DNA of 64,000 nt from Nitrospirota bacterium (GTDB lineage Bacteria; Nitrospirota; UBA9217), in the NCBI GenBank assembly GCA_029858565.1, contig JAOUEV010000003.1:64001-128000 (forward strand). Reading direction: 5' to 3'. Under the pieces are notes generated by a model that made no database searches, was not told where the DNA came from, and saw only the letters and a list, made by a program, of their open reading frames with translations. Numbering within the stretch: the first letter of the stretch is position 1; every line of letters starts with the position of its first letter. Of the stretch, positions 31,841 through 40,892 are shown piece after piece. The translations under genes were made by a program, and so were the position numbers.

Positions 31841-33018
31841 AACTATATGCGCAACACGGATATGGGGAAGGTGAAAAAATAAGCCAAGGACTGCAAAAAG
31901 GATTAATTTCTGGTGTTGTCTATGGCGCAAAGGATATAAACCCAGACCGGCTTAGGGAACGACTAGGTGGGATTGCCACTAGTATGCCAACTGCCGGTAG
32001 AGTATTAGATCCCCAATATTATGTTAGTTTAATCGGGTCTGACCCAAATATTAGGCTCGGCAAACTGGAGGAATATCCCTATTTTACTGTCAGACGCCGG
32101 AGTCAATTAGAATCAAACGACTTGATAAAAGAAGAAATACGCAAAGTAATAGAATTTCAAGCAGGTTTGCCAGTTTCAGCTATCATTGCTCCTAATATAT
32201 TGATCTCTCGGTCTTTTGATTCCGTTGAGGCAGTTATTGCGAAGAATTTTATTCGACAAGCGAAGGGGATATATGAGGAGTACTCGGATAAAAGGCCACT
32301 GTATGTAACACTAGCAATATCAAGAGAAGCCTTAATCGATTTTACCGAATTAGAGGCTTTTCTGAACGATGTTACACTCCTAGATAAACAGCCGGACGGA
32401 TTTTACCTCCTAGTCGGAGCACGCAGCGTTGAAGCGAGGACGGACCTTTATAATGCAGATGTTATTGCCGCTTGGATGTTGCTTAATCATTCTCTAAAAA
32501 TAAACGGGTATGAAATTATTAATGGTTATTCCGACCTCATATCGCCTTTTCTCGGCGCTGTAGGCGGTGATATCGGCTGTACTGGCTGGTGGTCGAATCT
32601 AAGGACATTTTCAATGGATCGTTTTGCTCCTGAATCCACGGGGGGGCGACAGCCTGTACAGCGATACCTATGCACTAAATTACTCAATCGCATTACTTTT
32701 TATGAATTAGACGCTTTGCGTCGGATCTTCCCAGAGGTGGTAAACGGGCTATCTGTGGACACCGAGTATCTAGGTGAACCGGAGCGCTCTATTGAGGTTC
32801 TCCAGTCATGGGAAGCCTTAAACAGTTTATTATCTACCCTTACCGCTAGTAGTGATCCATCCAGAAATGTTGGAAAATGCACAGATGCCATCAATTATGC
32901 AAACGACTTATACATATCAATCAGGGCTCGCTATCGGTTAGACCCAAAGTCTGATGATAGCCATCTGGAAGCGCTTCAAGAAGGGATGAGTCTTTTTAAG
33001 AAGCGGGCAGAGTTGTAA
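31837..33018 (+). CDS. Hypothetical 393-aa protein (possibly phage P4 beta/sce7725-like alpha/beta fold)
   Basis: Long AT-rich ORF coupled to the kinase by ATGA; LYAQHG, LDPQYY and PDGFYL motifs; family call tentative. Confidence 0.7.
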   Translation: MKLYAQHGYGEGEKISQGLQKGLISGVVYGAKDINPDRLRERLGGIATSMPTAGRVLDPQYYVSLIGSDPNIRLGKLEEYPYFTVRRRSQLESNDLIKEEIRKVIEFQAGLPVSAIIAPNILISRSFDSVEAVIAKNFIRQAKGIYEEYSDKRPLYVTLAISREALIDFTELEAFLNDVTLLDKQPDGFYLLVGARSVEARTDLYNADVIAAWMLLNHSLKINGYEIINGYSDLISPFLGAVGGDIGCTGWWSNLRTFSMDRFAPESTGGRQPVQRYLCTKLLNRITFYELDALRRIFPEVVNGLSVDTEYLGEPERSIEVLQSWEALNSLLSTLTASSDPSRNVGKCTDAINYANDLYISIRARYRLDPKSDDSHLEALQEGMSLFKKRAEL

Positions 33019-33526
33019 GTTGAAGACCCAGAAGGGATAACGCTTTTGTATATGCAGTCTCGCTTATGGGTTTATCCTTCTTTGGGCTATAAATTTTGTT
33101 AATGATGCCACTTTCAGCATCAAAGGCCCAAAGACCCACATTGAAAGTCCGAAAATCCGATAACGCTTGTTTCGCCTTATCTGCTTCATCCGGAGGCAGG
33201 ACCACATATACGGAATCCGCGAAGTATTTGTACCGATACGATTGAGCCAGAGCTTTTCGCCAATCCCTGATTTTCATCTCAAATGCTTGAAGAGTCTTTT
33301 TCCTGGGGCTAATGCATACAGACACGATATCCGCTATTCCGAGGCCGGGAACATGAAGTTCGCGAGCCATGTCGAAAGCATGGCATCGGGCTGTTGATTT
33401 CCCCTGTTCTTCACGTTGGTAGGTACGTCCGAAGGCCAAAACAAAATCAGCTTCTTGCCGCTTTCTTGATGTATTTATCGGCAAGTTTCTCCTCGGATGT
33501 TTATTGAAAGGGATTAAATATCTCAT
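32996..33526 (-). CDS. Putative PD-(D/E)XK nuclease (sce7726/MmcB-like)
   Basis: E..GIADIV...AFEMK..W..ALAQSYRY..FAD..YVV; start at MRYLIP. Confidence 0.72.
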   Translation of the reverse strand: MRYLIPFNKHPRRNLPINTSRKRQEADFVLAFGRTYQREEQGKSTARCHAFDMARELHVPGLGIADIVSVCISPRKKTLQAFEMKIRDWRKALAQSYRYKYFADSVYVVLPPDEADKAKQALSDFRTFNVGLWAFDAESGIINKIYSPKKDKPISETAYTKALSLLGLQLTTLPAS

Positions 33527-33626
33527 GTTTCTATAATAGCACACGGTTGAAATCATCGCCAATGAATTTCGATAAAGATAAAACCTAGTCAAAGTTGGAG
33601 GCGGGCATGCTTGCAGAGAGCATCAC

Positions 33627-34901
33627 TCAATGCACCGAGCAGGAAATGCAGGGATCATAAGACCGGACCAGCATCTGGGCCAATAGCTCGATGTCCCGGT
33701 CCTTCTTTCCTTCCTTGGCGTACTTCTCCGCTAATGCAGCCAGGTCATGCTGGATGTTCGCATGGTTCTGGCTCGTGGGGATCACGCAGTCGCTCTTGAC
33801 GATCCTGCCGTCCTTGTCGAACTCGTAGCAATGATAGAGGATCCCCCTCGGCACTTCCACGGCGCCCACACCGGTCCCTGCCTTTGGCTCCACCGTTTGT
33901 CTTGGCTCTTTCCATTCCATATCAAGCATACTGTTGATCATATCGATCGATTCCAGAACCACATGTACGCATTCCACAAGCTGGGCAATGTTGTTCATGT
34001 AGGGGTTGTGATTCACCGGCTGAAGGCCGAAGGACCGGGCGATATCCTGTGCTGCCGGATGGAGGGCCGCGAAGTTGTTGTTGATCCGCGCCAGGGCTCC
34101 CACGGCAAAGGATTGACGTGAGAGCTTGCTCCATTTGGATGTGGACTGGTCAACCAGGTACTCGTTCGTCATCAGCCTGTATTCGCTCTCCTTTTTTACC
34201 ACGCCGTCGGTCGAGACCAGGTCCCCGCCGATGAAGGGATACGAACCGGCGGCCTTCAGGGAAACGAACTCGGTCTCGCGCTTAAAATCAGGGATCGTGA
34301 ACACGCGGAAAAGCTCCGCGGTCTTGACCAGGTCATCGACCACATCCTGGAGCCGGTACTTGTAGCGCACCAGATCGTTCTTCTCGGGCAGCATGGTGAA
34401 TCCGCCGATAACGGTACGCGTGGGATGCATGCGCCTGCCGCCGATGCCGTCGCAAAGATCGTTTGCCAGGAGTTTTACCTTTGCCGCCCGTTTGACCACA
34501 TCGGGATGGGAATCGATCAGCGGGAACACGCTGCCGACGTTCAGGAAGTCCGGCGCTGCGAGGAAATAGAGGTGGAGTACATGGCTCTGGAGCGTCTCCA
34601 TGTGCTTGAGCAGGAGGCGGAGCTTCTGCGTCTGTTCAGAAGGCACGAATCCGAAGGCATTCTCCACTGCGCGGATGCTGGCCAGGGTATGGCCGATGGA
34701 ACAGATGCCGCAGATCCTGGCGCAGATCCAGGGCGCGTTCTCCCACTTCTTGCCCACGAGCATTGCTTCGAAGAACCGGGGAGTCTCGACCACTTCCCAC
34801 CGGGCCTGCTCGACCTTGCCGTCCTTGATCGAGATCTTGATGTTGCCGTGGCCTTCGACCCGGGTGAGGTGTTTGATATCGATCGTTTGGTTGAGCTTCA
34901 T
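33627..34901 (-). CDS. NiFe hydrogenase large (alpha) subunit, group 3b type
   Basis: TRVEGHG, RICGIC, EVPRG, DPCISCSVH. Confidence 0.93.
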   Translation of the reverse strand: MKLNQTIDIKHLTRVEGHGNIKISIKDGKVEQARWEVVETPRFFEAMLVGKKWENAPWICARICGICSIGHTLASIRAVENAFGFVPSEQTQKLRLLLKHMETLQSHVLHLYFLAAPDFLNVGSVFPLIDSHPDVVKRAAKVKLLANDLCDGIGGRRMHPTRTVIGGFTMLPEKNDLVRYKYRLQDVVDDLVKTAELFRVFTIPDFKRETEFVSLKAAGSYPFIGGDLVSTDGVVKKESEYRLMTNEYLVDQSTSKWSKLSRQSFAVGALARINNNFAALHPAAQDIARSFGLQPVNHNPYMNNIAQLVECVHVVLESIDMINSMLDMEWKEPRQTVEPKAGTGVGAVEVPRGILYHCYEFDKDGRIVKSDCVIPTSQNHANIQHDLAALAEKYAKEGKKDRDIELLAQMLVRSYDPCISCSVH

Positions 34902-35045
34902 GAATTCCTCATTTTATAGTCACTTTTAAAAGCAGTTTTCTCACGAAGCCACGAAGTCACGAAGAACGGCTTATAATCAGATACTTGTCAGTGTCATTCT
35001 TCGTGTCTTCGTGCCTTCGTGTGAGACAACGTTGCCGTTCGGAAG

Positions 35046-35870
35046 TTATGCTTTTGTTTTGATCGCTTTTCTCATTTCGCCAGCATGCTGACTGAACCCT
35101 CCGAAGCACTCCAGGCGGTCGAGCATGGTCTCCTCGGAGAAGCCGTTCTTCTTCATGATCTCCTTCATCTGTTCGATGTTCGCGTCCACCGCCGGTCCGC
35201 GGCAGCCCCAGCAGCCGAACCGGTTATTGGGACACCAGGAATCGCAGCCGCCGCGGGTGATCGGGCCCAGGCAGGGTTCGCCGAGGTCGTAGAGGCAGGT
35301 GTTCTCATTTGCCTTGCACTCCATGCAGACCGGATACTTGGGCTGCACAATGGCCTTGCCGAGGACCACGTTCGTAACGATTTTCTCGACCTCTTCCTTC
35401 TTTACCGGACAGCCGAATATCTGGAGGTCCACTTTCACATGGGCATCGAGCGGCTGGGCAATATCGTTCGTCTCGATCGCATGAGAGCCGTAAACCTCCT
35501 TTTTGACCCAGGTCGGATCGTTGAAACGGTTCTTGAGCTGGTTCACGCCGCCAAAACAGGCGCAGGAACCAAAAGCAACAAGCACCTTGGCCCGCTCGCG
35601 GATCGTCTTGATCCGGTCGACCTCGTCGGAACGGGTTACACTTCCTTCAATGAACGCGATATCGTAATCTTCGTTCTTCTCGGTCATGGCCTCGCGGAAG
35701 GCGCGCACATCCACGAGCGACAGGAAGTCCAGAAGCGATGCCTCGTTGTTCACGATCTGGAGCTGGCATCCTTCGCAGGAGGACAGCTCGAAAAAGGCCA
35801 CTTTCGGCTTTGAAACTGGAATCCCCAGGTAGGTCCGCTGTACTGTCTGGTTCGCGCTCAAGTTGATCAC
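35046..35870 (-). CDS. NiFe hydrogenase small (delta) subunit
   Basis: SCEGC, IEGSV, GSCACFGG, GCP, CLGPITRGGC, CWGCRGP. Confidence 0.9.
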   Translation of the reverse strand: MINLSANQTVQRTYLGIPVSKPKVAFFELSSCEGCQLQIVNNEASLLDFLSLVDVRAFREAMTEKNEDYDIAFIEGSVTRSDEVDRIKTIRERAKVLVAFGSCACFGGVNQLKNRFNDPTWVKKEVYGSHAIETNDIAQPLDAHVKVDLQIFGCPVKKEEVEKIVTNVVLGKAIVQPKYPVCMECKANENTCLYDLGEPCLGPITRGGCDSWCPNNRFGCWGCRGPAVDANIEQMKEIMKKNGFSEETMLDRLECFGGFSQHAGEMRKAIKTKA

Positions 35871-36060
35871 CTCAAAGGCAAAACAATATTAGCCACGGAA
35901 GATGCGGATAAAAACAAATCTAAAATAAATTATGACACTGAAGACACTGACAAAGCTATGAAACATCTTTTGATCGTTCTTAGTATTTTTTAGTGTCCTC
36001 AGTGTCTAATTCCTCCGCCTCTTCAGGCCGTTATCCGCATCTTCCGTGGCAAAAGAAATT

Positions 36061-36966
36061 TCAAATTGCCTCTTTCAGGTTCATAACGGTCCAGTAATCG
36101 AACACCGGCCCCTTGAGGCAGGTGTAGGTGGAGCCGACGTTGCAGCGACAGCATTTGCCCATGCCGCAGTGCATGCGCCGCTCCAGGGAAACGAACATCT
36201 TCTGCATGGGCACGCCGCGTTCGGCCAGCATGGTGCAGACAGACTTGAACATCACCGGCGGGCCGCAGACAATGGCGTAGGTCTGCTCGATGAAGGTATC
36301 GGGCCTGCTCTTGATGATATCCTCCAGGATCTTCGGAATGTACCCCACCGGGCCGTCCCAGCCGTTGTCGGTTTTTTCGAGGATAACGTGAAGGTTGATA
36401 TCGTCCTTTTTCCACATTTCATACTGGAACTTGAAAAGCATCCGGGACTGGTCGCGCGTGCCGTACACGATGTCCACGTGCTCGAACATGCTGCGGTGCT
36501 CCTGCACATGGGCGATGGGAGACCGGAGCGGGGCAAGGCCCAGACCGCCGGCGATCAGCAGGATGTTGCCGCCGTGCATCCGTTCCATGGGGAAGCTGGT
36601 GCCGAAAGGGCCGCGAATGCCGACCCGCGCGCCCCGGGCAGCGCGGGACAGGACGCCGGTGAGATTTCCTGCGGTCCTGATGCAGAGCTCCATGTCCTCG
36701 TGGTTGCTTGGCGATGAAGAGATCGAAAAAGGCGCTTCGCCGATGCCCGGCAGTTCGAGCATGATGAACTGGCCGGGCCGGAAGGAGAAGTGCCTGCGGT
36801 CCTCGGCGTCAATGATGCGGATGCGGTAGAGGTTCTCTAATTCCGTAAGCTTGTACACACTGGTGATCTCAGCCTTGTAGGTGTACTCGAAACTGCCGAG
36901 GTCGGAGATGCGGTGGTACTTATGATGGCGGGGCACGACATCGTGAAATGCCAGACGGTGGTCCAT
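36061..36966 (-). CDS. Sulfhydrogenase gamma subunit (FAD/NAD-binding, 2Fe-2S)
   Basis: [35 protein letters not shown]...C; start at MDHRL. Confidence 0.9.
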   Translation of the reverse strand: MDHRLAFHDVVPRHHKYHRISDLGSFEYTYKAEITSVYKLTELENLYRIRIIDAEDRRHFSFRPGQFIMLELPGIGEAPFSISSSPSNHEDMELCIRTAGNLTGVLSRAARGARVGIRGPFGTSFPMERMHGGNILLIAGGLGLAPLRSPIAHVQEHRSMFEHVDIVYGTRDQSRMLFKFQYEMWKKDDINLHVILEKTDNGWDGPVGYIPKILEDIIKSRPDTFIEQTYAIVCGPPVMFKSVCTMLAERGVPMQKMFVSLERRMHCGMGKCCRCNVGSTYTCLKGPVFDYWTVMNLKEAI

Positions 36967-36968
36967 GT

Positions 36969-38012
36969 TTACTGCTCCTCTCCCCGGACGCTGGCGATCA
37001 CCTCGGGTACGGTGATCCCTGCGAGACAGGCTTCGCCGCAGCGGCCGCAGCCCACGCACAGCGACTCCTCATAGGCCTCAACGAATCCGCGGTGCTTGTG
37101 GTAGTAGCGGTACTTGAGACGGCTGCTCCTCTCGGGCCGGAAGTTGTGGCCGCCGGCGACCTCGGCAAAGTCCACGACATTGCAGGAATAGAGCGTCTTG
37201 GTCTTGACCGCCTTCTGGAGCGACGGGTCAACGGATTCCTCGACCCCGTAGCAGTAGCAGGTGGGGCAGACATTGGCGCAGGTTCCGCAACCCAGGCATT
37301 TGTCGCCCCACTGCTTCCAGACCGGGGACTGGAACTCCATGTCCAGAATCTTGGTCAGGTCCGTGGTGTCCACACGCGCGGTGAACTTCCGGTTCTTCTC
37401 CGCGATGGTCTTCATGTACTGCACGTGGTCGTCCTCGGAAAGGTCAGCGGTCCGGAGGTCCTTCACCATCTCAAAAGCCTCGGCGGACTGGATCTCGATG
37501 AAGTACTTGTCGCCGATGTCAGTGATATTCAGATCAAAACCGTGATGGACCGTGTCGGCGCCCATGGACCTGCAAAAGCAAAAAGGCTGGGGCTCGCATC
37601 CCGTGCCGATGATGAACATGTTCATCCGCTTTGCCGCGTAGTAAGGCATGGGATAGACCGGCCCCATCAGCACCTTGTCGAGTTTATTGAGCGCGTTGAT
37701 GTCACAGGCATGGAGCCCGAAGAACACCAGCGGCTTGTCGATGTTATAATCGATGGTCTTGGTCCAGTCGTCGTCCTTCATCCGGAATGTGGCAAGTTCC
37801 TCGCGGAAGGGAAGGAAGTAGCGCTTTGCCGGAAGCTTGGTGGTGGTGTAGTCAAGCCGGAGGATCTTGAAATCCTTTACTTCCTCAAAAGCATAGAGCG
37901 GCCTGCCGTTGCGGTCTTTGCCTGTTTCAACCGGTCCCACGACAGTGTTCTTCTCAGCGAGCATATCAAAAAGCGATCTGAGCTCAGGCTTGTCAATAAC
38001 GCGGAACAGCAT
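36969..38012 (-). CDS. Sulfhydrogenase beta subunit (4Fe-4S dicluster)
   Basis: [16 protein letters not shown] and [11 protein letters not shown]; start at MLFRV after GAGG. Confidence 0.9.
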   Translation of the reverse strand: MLFRVIDKPELRSLFDMLAEKNTVVGPVETGKDRNGRPLYAFEEVKDFKILRLDYTTTKLPAKRYFLPFREELATFRMKDDDWTKTIDYNIDKPLVFFGLHACDINALNKLDKVLMGPVYPMPYYAAKRMNMFIIGTGCEPQPFCFCRSMGADTVHHGFDLNITDIGDKYFIEIQSAEAFEMVKDLRTADLSEDDHVQYMKTIAEKNRKFTARVDTTDLTKILDMEFQSPVWKQWGDKCLGCGTCANVCPTCYCYGVEESVDPSLQKAVKTKTLYSCNVVDFAEVAGGHNFRPERSSRLKYRYYHKHRGFVEAYEESLCVGCGRCGEACLAGITVPEVIASVRGEEQ

Positions 38013-38134
38013 GGCGACCTCGTTCAATGGATGCTGATGTGATGGCGGTGCGTGTTACAAAGTAATTATAGCAGGAGATATTACGTGGGAGTGCAATTTA
38101 CTGTTCTTTGGCAGGTCAGAAAGGGCGTGGGGGC

Positions 38135-40102
38135 CTACAAGGATTGCGCAAGTCGGTGAAGCGTCGGAAAAGAGTCAGCGACCGCCGCAGTTTCTTCCTT
38201 CAAAAGCCTGATTGCTTCGGGAATGTGTTTCCTGAAATATGCTTTGCCTTTCACCATGGTCAGGAATCCATAGGCGCCGAGCGCCTGCATGTGCCTCTGG
38301 AGACGGCAGGGGATCAGGCTTCGGCGGAAGATCTGCTCGTCGAATCCAAGAGCAGCCTTCTTCATCTCTTCTATATAGTAAACAAGCAGCCGGTCGCGCA
38401 GGAGGTCATGCAGCCGGTAATAAGGGTCCCAGAGGATCGATGCGATGTCGTAGGCAGGCGGGGCCATGCGCGCTCCCTGGAAATCGATCACCTGAACGGT
38501 GTGATCGCTGATCATGATGTTCTGGGACTGGAAGTCACGGTGGATGATGGTCCTGGGACAGTCATCAACGGTCCTGGCAAGCCTGTGGAACTCCTCTTCC
38601 AGCTCCGGCCTGTTCTTGAGATCGATCCCTAGATATCCCTGAACAAACCGGTCGAGAAAATAGTTCGTTTCCCACCGCAGATACTCGTAATCAAAGATCC
38701 GCGCCTGGAGCAGGGGGCAGGAACCGACACCCTCCGTTGCACGGGAGTGGAGCTTGACCGCAACATCCAGTACGCTTTTGTAAATGTTCCTGATCTGATC
38801 AGCTGTGCGCGGGAGCTTGAGATAAGCGTACAACGACCGGTCTCCCAGGTCCTCGAACAGTGCCCGTTTTGCAGTGTGGTGAGACGCGAGCAGCTTCGGC
38901 ACCGGCACGGCATGGGATTCGAAGAACCGCGTATAGACCAGGTGCCGCTCGAAGTCCGGATCATCGGGCCGGCATTCCATCAGGACTGCGGAACGCTCCC
39001 CCTGCCTGATGCGATAGTAGCGGCGGTCCGAGCCGCCGAGACCGATCAAGAAAGCAGGGACAGGAAGTGCGGAGTGCGGAGTGCGGAATGCGAAATGGGA
39101 GTCGGAAGCGAAATGCGGGGCAAAAAGAGGGTCCGACAGGTGCACGGTTATTGTTTCAGCAGCGGTTTTCGCTGGCTGCATTTCCGATTCGTGAAGATCG
39201 ATCGCATAGTCCGGTCCGATGATCCGGTTCCGGTGTTCGCCGGTCACGATGGCGCCGGGCATGATAATGCAGTTCCTGAGCTTCGCGCCTGCTCCCACGG
39301 TGCTGTAGTTCTCCGCCGCGAGGTAGCCGTCGGCCTCGATGTCTCCGCAGGACGCGGAAGGGGAAATATAGATCGTCTCGCCGTCCTTTGCAAGCGCATC
39401 AAGCACTGCCCTGCTGTAGGTCGCGGGATTGCCCACGTCGTTCCAGTATGCTCCGGTGACGTCATAGGCCCGGACCTTGTGGCCGGCCCTTGACGCGGCG
39501 ATCCAGGCAACGGTTGCGTGGGAAACGCCGTCGGGCAGGAACTTCAGAATTTCAGGCGAATACACGGCGATGCCGGTATAGGCAACCTTGTCGGCAACCT
39601 TCGTGGGGTCGGGTCTAGATGCGCCGGGATTCTCGACATCGATTATCTGGTCCTGTTTGTCGATGACCACATTGCTCAGTTCCGGCAGCCTGTGGCAGAC
39701 CAGCGTTGCCATATTGCCTGAAGATAAATGTGTCTCGATCAGCTTGGCAAAATCGATATCCAGCAGGATGTCCGAGTTGTGGACAATGAAGTGGTTGCCC
39801 AGGAGAAAGCTTTCAGCGTTCTTGAGCGCTCCGCCGGTGCCGAGGATCGGGTCCTCAGGAAAGAAGGTGAAGCGATCCCGCCAGGGAGACATGGCAGCCC
39901 AGTTCATGAGCATCCGGGGCTTCCAGTGCAAATTCATGCCGATCTTGTTGTCGCAGACCTCGGTCAGTTTCTCGGCAATGCCCTGGATGATAGGCTTGCC
40001 CAGGACAGGAAGGAGCGGTTTGGGGATATGGTTCGTGGCCGGCCGGAGCCGTTCGCCGAGCCCGGCAGCGGGGAGGAAGATGTTGATGGGGAATTTATTC
40101 AT
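38135..40102 (-). CDS. Fused nucleotidyltransferase (MurU-like) and sugar phosphotransferase (AmgK-like)
   Basis: AAGLGERLRP..PKPLLP, LGTGG; GGSDRRYYR, IHRDFQSQNI, IDFQGAR, QRHMQALG. Confidence 0.85.
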   Translation of the reverse strand: MNKFPINIFLPAAGLGERLRPATNHIPKPLLPVLGKPIIQGIAEKLTEVCDNKIGMNLHWKPRMLMNWAAMSPWRDRFTFFPEDPILGTGGALKNAESFLLGNHFIVHNSDILLDIDFAKLIETHLSSGNMATLVCHRLPELSNVVIDKQDQIIDVENPGASRPDPTKVADKVAYTGIAVYSPEILKFLPDGVSHATVAWIAASRAGHKVRAYDVTGAYWNDVGNPATYSRAVLDALAKDGETIYISPSASCGDIEADGYLAAENYSTVGAGAKLRNCIIMPGAIVTGEHRNRIIGPDYAIDLHESEMQPAKTAAETITVHLSDPLFAPHFASDSHFAFRTPHSALPVPAFLIGLGGSDRRYYRIRQGERSAVLMECRPDDPDFERHLVYTRFFESHAVPVPKLLASHHTAKRALFEDLGDRSLYAYLKLPRTADQIRNIYKSVLDVAVKLHSRATEGVGSCPLLQARIFDYEYLRWETNYFLDRFVQGYLGIDLKNRPELEEEFHRLARTVDDCPRTIIHRDFQSQNIMISDHTVQVIDFQGARMAPPAYDIASILWDPYYRLHDLLRDRLLVYYIEEMKKAALGFDEQIFRRSLIPCRLQRHMQALGAYGFLTMVKGKAYFRKHIPEAIRLLKEETAAVADSFPTLHRLAQSL

Positions 40103-40140
40103 GTGCTAGTATCAATAAGCCTTAAAAGTCAACTGCATTC

Positions 40141-40878
40141 TCGCGCGGAGGCGCAGAGGCGCAGGGGACGTCAAAGGCAATTTCTTGGGTTAGAAACTAA
40201 AAAATCAATCTTCAAGTCCATTTACGCAGCGAGTTATCCCGTTCTTCATTAGTTCTTCGCCGAAGTTCAGAAGGTATCCGAGTTTAAGGCCGGTCAAACG
40301 GATATGTGTTTGAACCTGCTTTTTGTGCGCTGCGGATGCGTGTTCAACTGATTTCAGCTCGACGATAACTTTACTTTCAACAATAACGTCAGCCCGGAAT
40401 CCCTCATCGAACTGTATCCCTCGAAACTGTATCGGAATGGGTATCTGGCGGTCAACAGTCAAGCCCTGTTCTCGCAAGACATGAACCAAGGCAACCTCAT
40501 AGACGCTTTCCAGCAAGCCCGGTCCCAATTCTCGATGGACTTCAATCGCCGCTTCGACAATGATCGTCCCGATCTCGTTCTCTGTCATTCAGGTTCCCTG
40601 TGTCTATTCTTGGCACCCGAAACATGTTTTTTGGTTCCAATAGAGCAAATTCGATTACGAAAAGCCAAAACAAGAAAAGCTCTCTCGCGCAGAGGCGCTG
40701 AGGCGCTGAGTATTGCTTTGAGACCAGGACCTGATTCTAAGATTGTGCCTTCCCTGCGAGCTCTGCGCCCCTGCGCGAGACCGTTTCGAGGTTCGCTTCT
40801 TCCTTCCATGACAGCGTCAAGTTGTTTGCGTTCTTGAACTAGATTGGCTTTCCCCTGCGGCTCCGCGCCTCTGCGGGA
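40141..40878. mobile_element. Candidate GxxExxY-carrying repeat-bounded element
   Basis: Left arm tcgcgcggaggcgcagaggcgcagg (40141-40165) and right arm ccctgcggctccgcgcctctgcgg (about 40853-40876) bracket the gene and an inner arm pair (about 40684-40780). Confidence 0.5.
40205..40588 (-). CDS. GxxExxY protein
   Basis: GPGLLESVY, FRADVIVE, VELKSV, LLNFG; 127 aa. Confidence 0.92.
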   Translation of the reverse strand: MTENEIGTIIVEAAIEVHRELGPGLLESVYEVALVHVLREQGLTVDRQIPIPIQFRGIQFDEGFRADVIVESKVIVELKSVEHASAAHKKQVQTHIRLTGLKLGYLLNFGEELMKNGITRCVNGLED

Positions 40879-40892
40879 AAACCGGTTTTGTT

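Noticed and set aside
33585-33629. TGA after the hydrogenase His as possible selenocysteine read-through
   Set aside because: Not at a Cys position; both CxxC motifs use Cys codons; no convincing SECIS.
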